Shown: piece after piece, positions 9,415 to 20,588 of the stretch
Layout of the letters: each line of letters begins with the position of its first letter
Numbering within the stretch: position 1 is the first letter of the stretch
From: an uncultured Pelagibacteraceae bacterium
GTDB lineage: Bacteria > Pseudomonadota > Alphaproteobacteria > Pelagibacterales > Pelagibacteraceae
Direction of reading: 5' to 3'
Length of the DNA: 64,000 bases
Assembly (NCBI GenBank): GCA_902543295.1
Contig: CACBXW010000003.1
Coordinates: 134,598-198,597 of the forward strand
Program-made: the position numbers and the translations under genes
The notes under the pieces: model-generated
Database searches by the model: none
Seen by the model: the letters and a program-made list of their open reading frames with translations, nothing else
What the model was told of the DNA's origin: nothing

Positions 9415-9446
9415 ATAAAAAAAATTTAATATAATTTAATATATTT

Positions 9447-9740
9447 ATGTTCTCAACTTTTTTAGCTTTAACATTTTTATTCTTAATGTTTTTGTGGTCA
9501 TTGGCCTGGGTAAATTATTATAATAAACTAGATAAAAGATTTGGTTCGTCTTTATGGAGATGGAGTTATGACTATCCAGTACCAGGTGATAGAGACATTT
9601 CTTTTCTTGATGATAAAAAATTTGTTATTTTAAGAAGAAAAAGAAATAGAGCAGTTACAGTTATGTATTTTATTTTATTTTTCTCTTTTTTTATATTTTT
9701 ATCTTTTTTAACCCAGATTTTATACGCAATTCAACATTAG
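9447..9740 (+). CDS. Hypothetical small membrane protein
   Basis: Two hydrophobic segments flank a charged loop. No recognisable family. It fills an otherwise empty gap. Confidence 0.4.
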   Translation: MFSTFLALTFLFLMFLWSLAWVNYYNKLDKRFGSSLWRWSYDYPVPGDRDISFLDDKKFVILRRKRNRAVTVMYFILFFSFFIFLSFLTQILYAIQH

Positions 9741-10081
9741 TTTAGTTGGTGTTTATTTTTTAAATACAAAAAGAACGCTACAATTTCATATCCAACATAA
9801 AATAATTGGTAAATGACAGGGAGTTTAAAAAATTTATAAAGAAACTTGTATTTTGGAATACTTTTCCAAATAAGTAAAAAAGCATCAATACCCACATAGA
9901 TTTTTCCATCTTGTTCTACATGAAGTCTTCTTAGAAGCTCTTTATCAGTTTTTTTTGTTTCTAATTCAGCATTTTTATTTTTAGTTATGTCTATCCAATT
10001 CAAATTTTCTATGTTTTCTTTTTTATAAATATTAATTTCTGCTCTGCAGATTTTGCATGAATTATTAAAAAAAACCTTCAT
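9737..10081 (-). CDS. Thiol-disulfide oxidoreductase DCC family (DUF393) protein
   Basis: N-terminal CxxC (NNSCKICRAEI). Size of about 114 aa and a C-terminal hydrophobic tail are typical of the DCC family. Confidence 0.6.
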   Translation of the reverse strand: MKVFFNNSCKICRAEINIYKKENIENLNWIDITKNKNAELETKKTDKELLRRLHVEQDGKIYVGIDAFLLIWKSIPKYKFLYKFFKLPVIYQLFYVGYEIVAFFLYLKNKHQLN

Positions 10082-10166
10082 AATTAAACTATATTTGAAT
10101 ATTTTATTTTTACAAATGTGCCAAATAAGCAGTTGATATATTAATAATCACTACTACATTCTTCGA

Positions 10167-11579
10167 ATGTCAAATTTCTTCAAAGAAACAGATATAGATA
10201 CATCACAAGCTGAAGCAATTGTTACTGAAACCTTAAAAAATTGTGATGATGGAGAATTATATTTAGAAAATCATAAATCTGAGTCTATTGTTTTAGATGA
10301 TAATAAAATAAAAAGTTCAACTTATAATTCTGATCAAGGATATGGTTTCAGAGCTGTTACAGGCGAAGTTGTTGCATACTCTCATTCTAATGATATTTCA
10401 AAAGAGTCACTAAGAAAATCAAGCGATAATTTAAAAGATACGTTAAAGTCAAAAAAAGGAACCTACAACCATGAAATTCCTAAAACTAACAGCAAATATT
10501 ACGAAAATATTAATCCTATTGAAAGCAAGACTTTCGATTCAAAGATAGATTTGCTGAAAAGTGTTAATAACTATTTAAGATCAAAAGGCTCAATTGTAAA
10601 TCAAGTAACTGCAAATTTTTTAGGTGAACATAAATCAATAGAAATTATTAGGTCTGATAATCAAATTTTGAAAGATGATAGACCATTAGTCAGATTCAAC
10701 GTTTCCGTTGTTTTAGAAAAAGATGGAAAAAAAGAAACAGGTGTTTATGGAGTTGGAGGAAGACAAAGTTATGATGATTATCTAAAAGATGGAAGCTGGA
10801 AAGATGTTTGTGATGAAGCTTTTAGAATCGCAAATGTCAATTTAGAAAGCAAACCAGCGCCAGCAGGAGAAATGAAAGTTGTTTTAGGTCCTGGATGGCC
10901 AGCAATTTTAATTCACGAAGCAATCGGACATGGTCTTGAGGGAGATTTTAATAGAAAAAAAACTTCAGCATTTCATAGTTTAATGGGGCAGCAAGTAGCT
11001 AGCGAAGGAGTTACGATTGTAGATGACGGGACCTTACATCAAAGAAGAGGAAGTTTAACGATAGATGATGAAGGAACGCCTACTGAAAATACAGTTTTAA
11101 TAGAAAATGGAATTTTAAAAAACTATATGCAAGACCGTTTAAACGCTCGTCTGATGGGAACTAAGTCAACAGGTAGTGGAAGAAGAGAAAGTTATAAACA
11201 TGTGGTTTTACCAAGAATGAGAAATACAATGATGTTGTCAGGCAAATATTCACAAGATGAAATGATAAGTTCAGTTGATAAAGGTATTTTCGCTGTAAGT
11301 TTTGGGGGAGGACAAGTAGACATAACTTCAGGAAAATTTGTTTTTAACTGTACGGAAGCATATGAAATCAATAATGGCAAAATAGGATCACCAATCAAAG
11401 GTGCTACATTAATTGGAGATGGACCGTCAATTTTAAAAGAAGTTTCATTAGTTGGTAATGATATGAAATTAGATCCAGGTATTGGGACATGTGGTAAGGC
11501 TGGACAAGGTGTTCCAGTAGGAGTAGCTCAGCCATCAATTCTTATAAATAAGATGACTGTTGGTGGAACAAAACTTTAA
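10167..11579 (+). CDS. tldD: Metalloprotease TldD
   Basis: HEAIGHGLEGD metal-binding motif. Length 470 aa. Conserved C-terminal GGT... Confidence 0.9.
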   Translation: MSNFFKETDIDTSQAEAIVTETLKNCDDGELYLENHKSESIVLDDNKIKSSTYNSDQGYGFRAVTGEVVAYSHSNDISKESLRKSSDNLKDTLKSKKGTYNHEIPKTNSKYYENINPIESKTFDSKIDLLKSVNNYLRSKGSIVNQVTANFLGEHKSIEIIRSDNQILKDDRPLVRFNVSVVLEKDGKKETGVYGVGGRQSYDDYLKDGSWKDVCDEAFRIANVNLESKPAPAGEMKVVLGPGWPAILIHEAIGHGLEGDFNRKKTSAFHSLMGQQVASEGVTIVDDGTLHQRRGSLTIDDEGTPTENTVLIENGILKNYMQDRLNARLMGTKSTGSGRRESYKHVVLPRMRNTMMLSGKYSQDEMISSVDKGIFAVSFGGGQVDITSGKFVFNCTEAYEINNGKIGSPIKGATLIGDGPSILKEVSLVGNDMKLDPGIGTCGKAGQGVPVGVAQPSILINKMTVGGTKL

Positions 11580-11584
11580 TCTAA

Positions 11585-12901
11585 ATGATAAGGGATCAGG
11601 AATTTTTAAAAGATATAGCGTCTTATTGTATTGAAAACTCTAAAAAACTAGGAGCAACAGATGTGGGTGTAAAAGTAATTCACTCTGTCTCAGAAAATGT
11701 TAGTTTTAGAAACAAAAAGTTAGACGAGTCAAATAGAGCAGATAGTTTTGCTGTCAATTTAACTACTTATATAGAGAAAAAAAAATCAAGCATTAATTCA
11801 TCAGATTTATCTAAATCAAACTTAGAAAAACTAATAGAACGTTGTATTGATGCTACAAAAATTACTCCATCAGATGAAAATAATTCGTTACCAGATAAAG
11901 ATTTAATGTCTAAAGAGATAAGAGACCTTAATCTCTATGATGAAACACATTATCCAAATGATAAAAAGATTGAATTTTTAAAAAAAGTTGAAGAGGCAGC
12001 ATCAACGGACGAAAAAATAGTTAATACTGAAGCTGGTTTTACTGAAAATAAAAATAATTTTATACTCGCAAACAGTAATGGTTTTTTAAGTGGATACAAA
12101 ACCTCAAATTTTTCATCTTCATGTGTAGTTGTATCAAAAATTAATAGTGCAATGGAAAGAGATTATGAGTTTGGTAGTACAAGATTCTTGCAAGATATGA
12201 TGAAACCAGAAGAAATTGGAAAAATAGCTGCTGATAAAGCAATAAAAAAGTTAGGCCCAAAAAAAATCAAGAGTGAAAAAATTGGGGTTATATTTGATAA
12301 AAGAATTTCCAAAGGAATATTAAGCACACTAGCAAGTGCAATAAGTGCGAGTGCTATTGCAAGAGGAACTTCTTTTTTAAAAGATCAAATCAATTCTGAA
12401 GTTTTTCCAAATTCAATTAATATCATCGATGATCCAAAAATTGAAAAAGGATTAGGGTCCCAAAACTTTGATAGCGAAGGCGTCGAAACCAATTCTTTGA
12501 AACTAGTTGAGAATGGTATTTTAAAAAATTATTTAATTGATACTTATTACGGTAAAAAGTTGAATTTAAAATCTAATGGAAGATCTGGAGGAACAACAAA
12601 TTTATACTTTGAAAATGGTGATTTAAGTTTCAAGGATTTACTAAATTTAGAAAAAAAGTTTCTATACATAACAGAGACTATAGGCCATGGAGGCAATATC
12701 ATTACTGGAGATTACTCAGTTGGAGCTTCAGGATTTATGGTTGAAGATGGAGAATTAACTTACCCGGTAAGTGAAATAACCATAGCTGGAAATTTTAAGG
12801 AAATGTTTAACAATATTACTTTAGCAAATGATTTAGAGATGAAGTACTCAACAAATGCTCCTACTTTGTTGATTAATCAAATGACAGTGGCGGGAAAATA
12901 A
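11585..12901 (+). CDS. pmbA: Metalloprotease PmbA/TldE
   Basis: TldD/PmbA-family fold without the HExxH motif. Length 438 aa. It lies immediately downstream of tldD. Confidence 0.85.
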   Translation: MIRDQEFLKDIASYCIENSKKLGATDVGVKVIHSVSENVSFRNKKLDESNRADSFAVNLTTYIEKKKSSINSSDLSKSNLEKLIERCIDATKITPSDENNSLPDKDLMSKEIRDLNLYDETHYPNDKKIEFLKKVEEAASTDEKIVNTEAGFTENKNNFILANSNGFLSGYKTSNFSSSCVVVSKINSAMERDYEFGSTRFLQDMMKPEEIGKIAADKAIKKLGPKKIKSEKIGVIFDKRISKGILSTLASAISASAIARGTSFLKDQINSEVFPNSINIIDDPKIEKGLGSQNFDSEGVETNSLKLVENGILKNYLIDTYYGKKLNLKSNGRSGGTTNLYFENGDLSFKDLLNLEKKFLYITETIGHGGNIITGDYSVGASGFMVEDGELTYPVSEITIAGNFKEMFNNITLANDLEMKYSTNAPTLLINQMTVAGK

Positions 12902-13579
12902 TTATTGAATTTTTTTAAGTCTATATTCCCATAGACCCATTCTTTTATAAGCCACTTTTATAATCAATGCTTTTTTCTTATCGTACCATATTTCAAAATT
13001 TAATTTTTTATCATCAGATAGATTTGGGTTGGTAGAAAAAAGTCTAAAATGTTCTACATCATATTCTTTATTATAAAGTTTAATTTTTCCTTTTCCTAAA
13101 AATTCTATGTTTTGTTTTTTTACACTTCCAGATAATGGACTTATTTGTGTTTCAGTTTGCAAAATTCTATGATTCCACCAATTACCGATTATATTTTCTC
13201 TATCCGCCTCACCCTTATATGATGATCCATCAATTATAAACTTCTCTTTTTTTTCGTCAAAAATTAAATTTACATATTTTCTTTTATCATTTTGAAATGT
13301 TTCTGAGTTAAATGAAATTAATTGATCTCCAATATACTCTTCGGTTCCTCTACTATTTATGGAGAACACTGTAACACCCAATAATTTCACTTCAAAATTA
13401 GTTGAATTTTTTACAATAAATTTATTTTCTTCTTTTTTAAATGTGAAAATACTTTCTCCAATTTTTTCATCATCTTTAAATATCTCCATTTCTATGTTTG
13501 TATAATTTTTATAATGGTCAGTATGTGCTTGCAAAAAAAGAGAAGATAAAACCAACAAAATTACCAAGAATTTTCTCAT
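12902..13579 (-). CDS. Hypothetical secreted protein (beta-rich; DUF3108/DUF6134-like, uncertain)
   Basis: Signal peptide MRKFLVILLVLSSLFLQA. The rest is an alternating beta-strand-like pattern. Family assignment is only a guess. Confidence 0.4.
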   Translation of the reverse strand: MRKFLVILLVLSSLFLQAHTDHYKNYTNIEMEIFKDDEKIGESIFTFKKEENKFIVKNSTNFEVKLLGVTVFSINSRGTEEYIGDQLISFNSETFQNDKRKYVNLIFDEKKEKFIIDGSSYKGEADRENIIGNWWNHRILQTETQISPLSGSVKKQNIEFLGKGKIKLYNKEYDVEHFRLFSTNPNLSDDKKLNFEIWYDKKKALIIKVAYKRMGLWEYRLKKIQ

Positions 13580-13658
13580 TATTTCATATTATTTTAATTA
13601 ACTTGTTAGAACTTTATATAGAATTTCCATGTTTAAAAGATAAATAGTCTAAATAATT

Positions 13659-14306
13659 ATGTTTTTAACTATTAAAAATATTCCCTCAAAATCCTGGAGT
13701 TCAGAAAAACCTTTAAATTTAAAACCTAAATTTACAACTTTTATACTCTTATGTATTGGATTAACTTTATTTGGTTTGGGGGAGGGTCTTTTATTAGTTT
13801 CTACTACTGGTAATTCTCCATGGTCTGTTCTTGCAGAAGGGTTATCAAATATATTAAATATCTCGATTGGCTTATCTACATTCATAATAAGCATTGTTGT
13901 TTTAGGTTTTTGGTTTCCACTAAAGCAAAAACCAGGAATTGGTACAATTTTAAATATTTTAATTATAGCAGCGATAATTGATTTGACGCTTTTTCTTTTT
14001 GATCCACCTTTGACTACTTTTTCAAAATATATTCTTGCTGTATTTTCTGTATTGCTTGTCGGTCTAGGAAGTGGAATATACTTAATTGCTAATTTAGGTC
14101 CTGGTCCAAGAGATGGATTGATGACAGGTCTAACTAGAAAAACTCAACTTCCTATCGCTTTAATTCGAGCTACTTTGGAAATTTCAGCTGTTATATCTGG
14201 TTGGTATTTAGGAGGAACTGTTGGTTTGGGCACTATAATATTTGCATTTGGGATAGGTCCTGCAGTAGCTTTAGGAATTTATATTGTAGATAAAGTTACG
14301 AAGTAA
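13659..14306 (+). CDS. YczE/YitT-like integral membrane protein
   Basis: About 6 TM segments. GLGEGLLLVSTTGNSPWSVL and GPGPRDGLM motifs resemble YczE-type membrane proteins. Confidence 0.5.
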   Translation: MFLTIKNIPSKSWSSEKPLNLKPKFTTFILLCIGLTLFGLGEGLLLVSTTGNSPWSVLAEGLSNILNISIGLSTFIISIVVLGFWFPLKQKPGIGTILNILIIAAIIDLTLFLFDPPLTTFSKYILAVFSVLLVGLGSGIYLIANLGPGPRDGLMTGLTRKTQLPIALIRATLEISAVISGWYLGGTVGLGTIIFAFGIGPAVALGIYIVDKVTK

Positions 14307-14366
14307 ATGTTTTTATTGGACAATTAGTCGATTGTTAATATTGAATAAAAATTGTAAATATTAATT

Positions 14367-14822
14367 ATGTCTATAAAAAATTGGATGAAAGAATCGGCGA
14401 ATATACTTTTTGACGATAGTAAAAACGATTTAAGAGCGCTTCCCAAAACTGTAAGATTACAAATATTATTAGTTTTGAGTTTTATATGGACTACAGTATT
14501 TAGTTTATACGTATTTTCGTATGCTACTTTTGCATTTGGTTGGGCCGGGACCTATGTTGCTCATATAGGTTTAATATTTGCTGTTTATTATACGTTTAAA
14601 CAATTTCATAGAGCTGAAGCAAAAGCTGTTAGTGTTTTTAAGACAAAAAACTTTGATCCATTTAAAATCATGACAATTGTTTTTGTAATAGTTTTTATTT
14701 TTGTTTTCTCTAAAGGTATTGAGGTATTGACAAGAACGAACTCTTACTCAATTCCATATGACGGACCTAGTAAATCAGCGTTTGAAAAATGGCTGCCTTT
14801 TACCAAAAATAAATCTGAATAA
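14367..14822 (+). CDS. Hypothetical membrane protein
   Basis: Three hydrophobic segments. No recognisable family. Confidence 0.4.
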   Translation: MSIKNWMKESANILFDDSKNDLRALPKTVRLQILLVLSFIWTTVFSLYVFSYATFAFGWAGTYVAHIGLIFAVYYTFKQFHRAEAKAVSVFKTKNFDPFKIMTIVFVIVFIFVFSKGIEVLTRTNSYSIPYDGPSKSAFEKWLPFTKNKSE

Positions 14823-14829
14823 TAATTTT

Positions 14830-16656
14830 TTAAGAAGCTTCTGATAATTTAGAGAGCTTTTTTCTTTCGTGGGGATCAAGCACAGCTTTCCTTAATCTGC
14901 ATGAATTTGGAGTAATTTCTAGTGCTTCATCAGAATTTAACATGCTCAATTGTTCAGCAATAGACATCTTTCTTACGGGAGTTAAAACAACATTTTCATC
15001 TGTTCCTTGTGTCCTCATATTTGTAAGTTTTTTACCTTTCATAACATTTATAATCATATCACCAGGCTTAGGTGACAATCCAACAATCATACCCGAATAA
15101 ACTGGATCGTTATGAGTAACAAACATTTCTCCTCTTGCCTGTAGATTATAAATTGCAAATGCTACTGCTTTTCCTTGTTCCATAGAAATTAATGCACCAT
15201 TTCTTCTGCCTTCCATATCTCCCTCAAATTTTCCATAAGAATGGAATATTCTGTTTATTACTCCTGTTCCTTTAGTTAGAGTAAGAAATCTACTGGTGTA
15301 TCCCATTAAACCTCTAGTTGGTGCATGAAAGATTAATCGTTTTTTATTTTTTCCAGTGTCTTTAAGATCTATTAATTTTCCTTTTCTTTTATTCATGGAG
15401 TCTATAACTTTAGAAGAGAATTCTTCATCAAGATCCATAGTAATTTCTTCAATGGGTTCTAATTTTTCACCATTTTCATTTTTTTGAAATAAAACTCTAG
15501 GAGGGCTTACTGTCATTTCAAACCCTTCACGTCTCATTTGTGTCAATAATATTTCTAACATCAATTCACCTCTTCCGCTTATTTCAAATGAATCTTTGTT
15601 TTCATTTTCTGAAAATGAAATCCCGACATTATTTTGAGCCTCTTGAACTAATCTCTCTCTAATTTGAGTACTTGTAAGTTTTTTACCCTCAGTTCCAGCT
15701 AATGGAGAACTATTTACTGTTATCTTAATAGACATCGTTGGAGGATCAATCGGGGTTGCTTGAATTGGAATATTTACCTCAGTATCACATATTGTATCAG
15801 CAACATTTGCTTTTTCTAATCCAGCGATAACTACAATATCTCCGGCTTCGCCAACCTCTATTGGTACTTTTTTGGTCCCCTCGTATCTAAATATTTTAGT
15901 CAACCTTCCCTCATCAACTTTTTCTCCATCAAGATTAATTGCCTTGATTTGTTGATTTGCTTTTGCGGTACCTTGAGAAATTCTACCAACTAAACTTCTA
16001 CCCAAAAAACTGTCTGCATATAAAAGAGTCGAAAGCATTGCAAAAGGCTTGGTCTTGTCAAATTCTGCTGGCTTAACATGATCAATTACTAAATCTAATA
16101 ATGGATTTAAATTCTCCCTTGGGCCATCTATTTCTTTAGATGCCCAGCCAGATCTTCCACTTGCATAAATAACTGGAAAATCTAATTGTTCTTCATTTGC
16201 ATCTAAGCTGACAAATAAGTCAAAAGTTTCATTTAAAACTTCATCGGCTCTTTGGTCGGCCTTGTCTAATTTATTAATAACTACTATTGGTTTAAGGCCT
16301 TGTTTAAGTGCTTTTGCTAATACAAATTTAGTTTGAGGCATTACCCCTTCGGCTGAATCTATTAACAATAATGCACCATCAGCCATACTAAGAACTCTTT
16401 CAACTTCTGCAGCAAAATCTCTGTGTCCAGGTGTATCGATAATATTAATTCTAGAATCTTTCCAATTTATGGAAGCTGGTTTGGCAAGAATTGTGATACC
16501 TCTTTCCTTTTCAAGTTCGCCAGAGTCCATTAGTCTTTCATCAACAACTTCATTTTCTCTAAAAGAACCACTCTGTTTCATTAAGTTATCAATTAAAGTA
16601 GTCTTGCCGTGGTCAACATGAGCAATTATGGTGATGTTACGTATTGATGTTGTCAT
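14830..16656 (-). CDS. typA: Translational GTPase TypA/BipA
   Basis: G motifs AHVDHGKTTL, DTPGHRDF and NKLD. Length 608 aa with EF-G-like domain order. Confidence 0.95.
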   Translation of the reverse strand: MTTSIRNITIIAHVDHGKTTLIDNLMKQSGSFRENEVVDERLMDSGELEKERGITILAKPASINWKDSRINIIDTPGHRDFAAEVERVLSMADGALLLIDSAEGVMPQTKFVLAKALKQGLKPIVVINKLDKADQRADEVLNETFDLFVSLDANEEQLDFPVIYASGRSGWASKEIDGPRENLNPLLDLVIDHVKPAEFDKTKPFAMLSTLLYADSFLGRSLVGRISQGTAKANQQIKAINLDGEKVDEGRLTKIFRYEGTKKVPIEVGEAGDIVVIAGLEKANVADTICDTEVNIPIQATPIDPPTMSIKITVNSSPLAGTEGKKLTSTQIRERLVQEAQNNVGISFSENENKDSFEISGRGELMLEILLTQMRREGFEMTVSPPRVLFQKNENGEKLEPIEEITMDLDEEFSSKVIDSMNKRKGKLIDLKDTGKNKKRLIFHAPTRGLMGYTSRFLTLTKGTGVINRIFHSYGKFEGDMEGRRNGALISMEQGKAVAFAIYNLQARGEMFVTHNDPVYSGMIVGLSPKPGDMIINVMKGKKLTNMRTQGTDENVVLTPVRKMSIAEQLSMLNSDEALEITPNSCRLRKAVLDPHERKKLSKLSEAS

Positions 16657-16696
16657 TTGCGCGTTCTTATATATTTAAAATATTTTTTTTCAATTC

Positions 16697-16728
16697 AAAA
16701 AAAAAGGGCAGTAAAAACTGCCCTTTTT
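16697..16728 (-). terminator. Rho-independent terminator downstream of groEL
   Basis: GGGCAGT (16706-16712) pairs with ACTGCCC (16717-16723) around a 4-nt loop. On the minus strand a run of 9 U follows; on the plus strand, 5 T. Confidence 0.8.
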
Positions 16729-16755
16729 GAATTTTCTGTTTGAGTATAATGAGGA

Positions 16756-18423
<1,668 letters not shown>

Positions 18424-18430
18424 TTATTAA

Positions 18431-18724
18431 TTATTTACCTGTTGCAATACCCATAATGTCAGATTCTTTCATTATGCTGTACTCTTTACCATCAATTTTA
18501 ACTTCTGTTCCTGACCACTTACCGAATAAAACTTTATCTCCGACTTTAACGTCCATAGGTATTAGTTTTCCATCTTCAGTTTTTGCACCTCCGCCGACAG
18601 CAACAACTTTACCTTCTTGAGGTTTTTCTTGAGCTGTATCTGGAATAATTATGCCACCAGCAGTTTTTTCGCTGCTATCTAAAACTTCTATTAAAACACG
18701 GTCATGTAACGGTTTAAACTTCAT
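18431..18724 (-). CDS. groS: Co-chaperonin GroES
   Basis: 97 aa, beginning [13 protein letters not shown]. Strong SD AAAGGAG. Confidence 0.97.
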   Translation of the reverse strand: MKFKPLHDRVLIEVLDSSEKTAGGIIIPDTAQEKPQEGKVVAVGGGAKTEDGKLIPMDVKVGDKVLFGKWSGTEVKIDGKEYSIMKESDIMGIATGK

Positions 18725-18750
18725 ACGAATTCTCCTTTAAATTAGCAGTC

Positions 18751-18779
18751 ATATAGAGACATATTTAATAATTTTCAAG
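18751..18779 (-). promoter_or_regulatory. Candidate sigma-32 (RpoH) heat-shock promoter of groESL
   Basis: The minus strand reads CTTGAAA (18779-18773), a 14-nt spacer, then CTCTATAT (18758-18751). The E. coli-type consensus is CTTGAAA-N13-14-CCCCATNT. Confidence 0.5.
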
Positions 18780-18846
18780 ATCTTGAATAAAAATTATGGT
18801 CTAAAAAACCCAAGAATAAAGCATATTTTTAAGCTATACCTCAATT

Positions 18847-19662
18847 ATGCCTCAAAACTTAGACAAAGATGGATTAAGATCTAAAATAAACAGTTACGAA
18901 TTGTTTTTCATCGACATCTGGGGAGTAATCCACAATGGACTGCAAATTTTTGAAGATTCTATTGAAGTATTAGAAAATTTAAAAAAAAATAATAAAGAAT
19001 TTGTATTGCTTACCAATGCTCCAAGACCAAATTCTACAGTCATTGATTTTTTGAAAAAAATGGGACTCAAAAAATATTATGAAAATGTATACACTTCAGG
19101 AGAAGCTTCATTAAAATATTTAATGGAAAATTTTCTAAATACAAAATTTTATCACATTGGACCACCAAAAGATTTTGACTTATTTAAAAGATTTGAACAA
19201 AATAAAGTTAGTAATATTAGCCAAGCTGATTATTTTATTTGTACAGGGTTATTTGAAGATCACGAGACAAAACTTGAATATTATAAAGATTTACTTGAAA
19301 AATTTTCAAATAAAAAATTTGTGTGTACTAATCCAGACTTAATTGTTGATAGAGGAGATGTTAGAGAGTTTTGTGCTGGATCAGTTGCAAAAATATTTGA
19401 AGAAATTGGTGGGAAAGTAATTTACTTTGGAAAACCTTATCCTCCAGTTTACAATTTATCTGCTAACATAAATGGTAAAAATGTTTTATGTATCGGAGAT
19501 AATATGAATACAGATATAAAAGGAGCCAATATTCAAAATTTTGACAATTTGTTAATAACGAGTGGTATACATAAAAAAGAATTAAGTAGTTTAAATATCG
19601 ATAAATTAGAAAAAAAATATGGAGTGAATGTTAATTACACTCAAACAAAATTAAAATGGTGA
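18847..19662 (+). CDS. HAD-superfamily hydrolase, subfamily IIA
   Basis: Motif I FIDIWGVIHNG, plus LLTNAPR and a C-terminal GDNMNTDIKGA. Confidence 0.7.
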   Translation: MPQNLDKDGLRSKINSYELFFIDIWGVIHNGLQIFEDSIEVLENLKKNNKEFVLLTNAPRPNSTVIDFLKKMGLKKYYENVYTSGEASLKYLMENFLNTKFYHIGPPKDFDLFKRFEQNKVSNISQADYFICTGLFEDHETKLEYYKDLLEKFSNKKFVCTNPDLIVDRGDVREFCAGSVAKIFEEIGGKVIYFGKPYPPVYNLSANINGKNVLCIGDNMNTDIKGANIQNFDNLLITSGIHKKELSSLNIDKLEKKYGVNVNYTQTKLKW

Positions 19663-20582
19663 ACAAAATTAAAATTTATAAAAATTTTGAAATTTTAAAA
19701 AAACATCAAAATGCCATGATACTAATTGGTAATTTCGATGGATTACACTTAGGCCATCAAAAATTATTCAAAGAAGCAAAAAAATATAAAAAAAAATATA
19801 ATTCTAAAATTGGAGTGGTGACTTTTGATCCAATACCAAAAATGTACTTTAATAAAAGTATTACAAACTATCGACTTTCAAATCTTAATCAAAAAAGCAG
19901 ATATTTTAGTGATTATAACGTTGATTTTTTAATAAATAAAAAATTTGATAAAAAATTCTCTAAAATATCTTGTCATAATTTTATTAAAAATATTTTATGC
20001 AAAAAGTTAAGTGCAGATTATATTTTTGTTAGTAATAATTTTAGATTTGGTAATAAGAGAGAAGGGGACGTAAATTTATTAAAAAGATTTCAAAAAAAAT
20101 ATAATTATAAATTAATTAACCCAAAACCATTATATAAAAAAAATAAAATTATTTCTTCAACATTAATAAGAAAATTAATTGAAAATGGTAATTTAAAAGT
20201 TGCAAATCAACTTTTAACAAGAAATTGGTCAATAGAAGGTGTCGTTGAAAAGGGTAGAATGATGGGAAGAAAAATTGGTTTTCCGACGTGTAACATAAAT
20301 ATAAAAAATTATATAATACCAAAAGTAGGAGTTTATGCAGTTGATGTTTGTATCGAAAAAAACAGAAAAAAGATCAAAGGAATAGCAAATATTGGTTATA
20401 GGCCTACTTTTAATCAAAAAAAATTATTATTAGAGGTAAATTTATTTAAATTTTCTGGAAATCTTTATAATAAAAATCTAACTATTAATTTTACAAAATT
20501 TATTAGAGGAGAAACAAAATTTAAAAATATTGATGCTTTAAAAAAACAGATAAAGAAAGATATTAAAGTTGCTAAAAGATAA
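19656..20582 (+). CDS. ribF: Bifunctional riboflavin kinase / FMN adenylyltransferase
   Basis: GNFDGLHLGHQ adenylyltransferase motif and C-terminal kinase motifs (GFPTCN, LEVNLF). It sits in the conserved ribF-ileS-lspA order. Confidence 0.9.
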   Translation: MVNKIKIYKNFEILKKHQNAMILIGNFDGLHLGHQKLFKEAKKYKKKYNSKIGVVTFDPIPKMYFNKSITNYRLSNLNQKSRYFSDYNVDFLINKKFDKKFSKISCHNFIKNILCKKLSADYIFVSNNFRFGNKREGDVNLLKRFQKKYNYKLINPKPLYKKNKIISSTLIRKLIENGNLKVANQLLTRNWSIEGVVEKGRMMGRKIGFPTCNINIKNYIIPKVGVYAVDVCIEKNRKKIKGIANIGYRPTFNQKKLLLEVNLFKFSGNLYNKNLTINFTKFIRGETKFKNIDALKKQIKKDIKVAKR

Positions 20583-20588
20583 AATATC

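Noticed and set aside
18742-18768. CIRCE (HrcA operator) upstream of groES
   Set aside because: Only one arm (GACTGCTAA) is close to consensus. The partner arm matches 4 of 9 positions. This is not a functional-looking inverted repeat.
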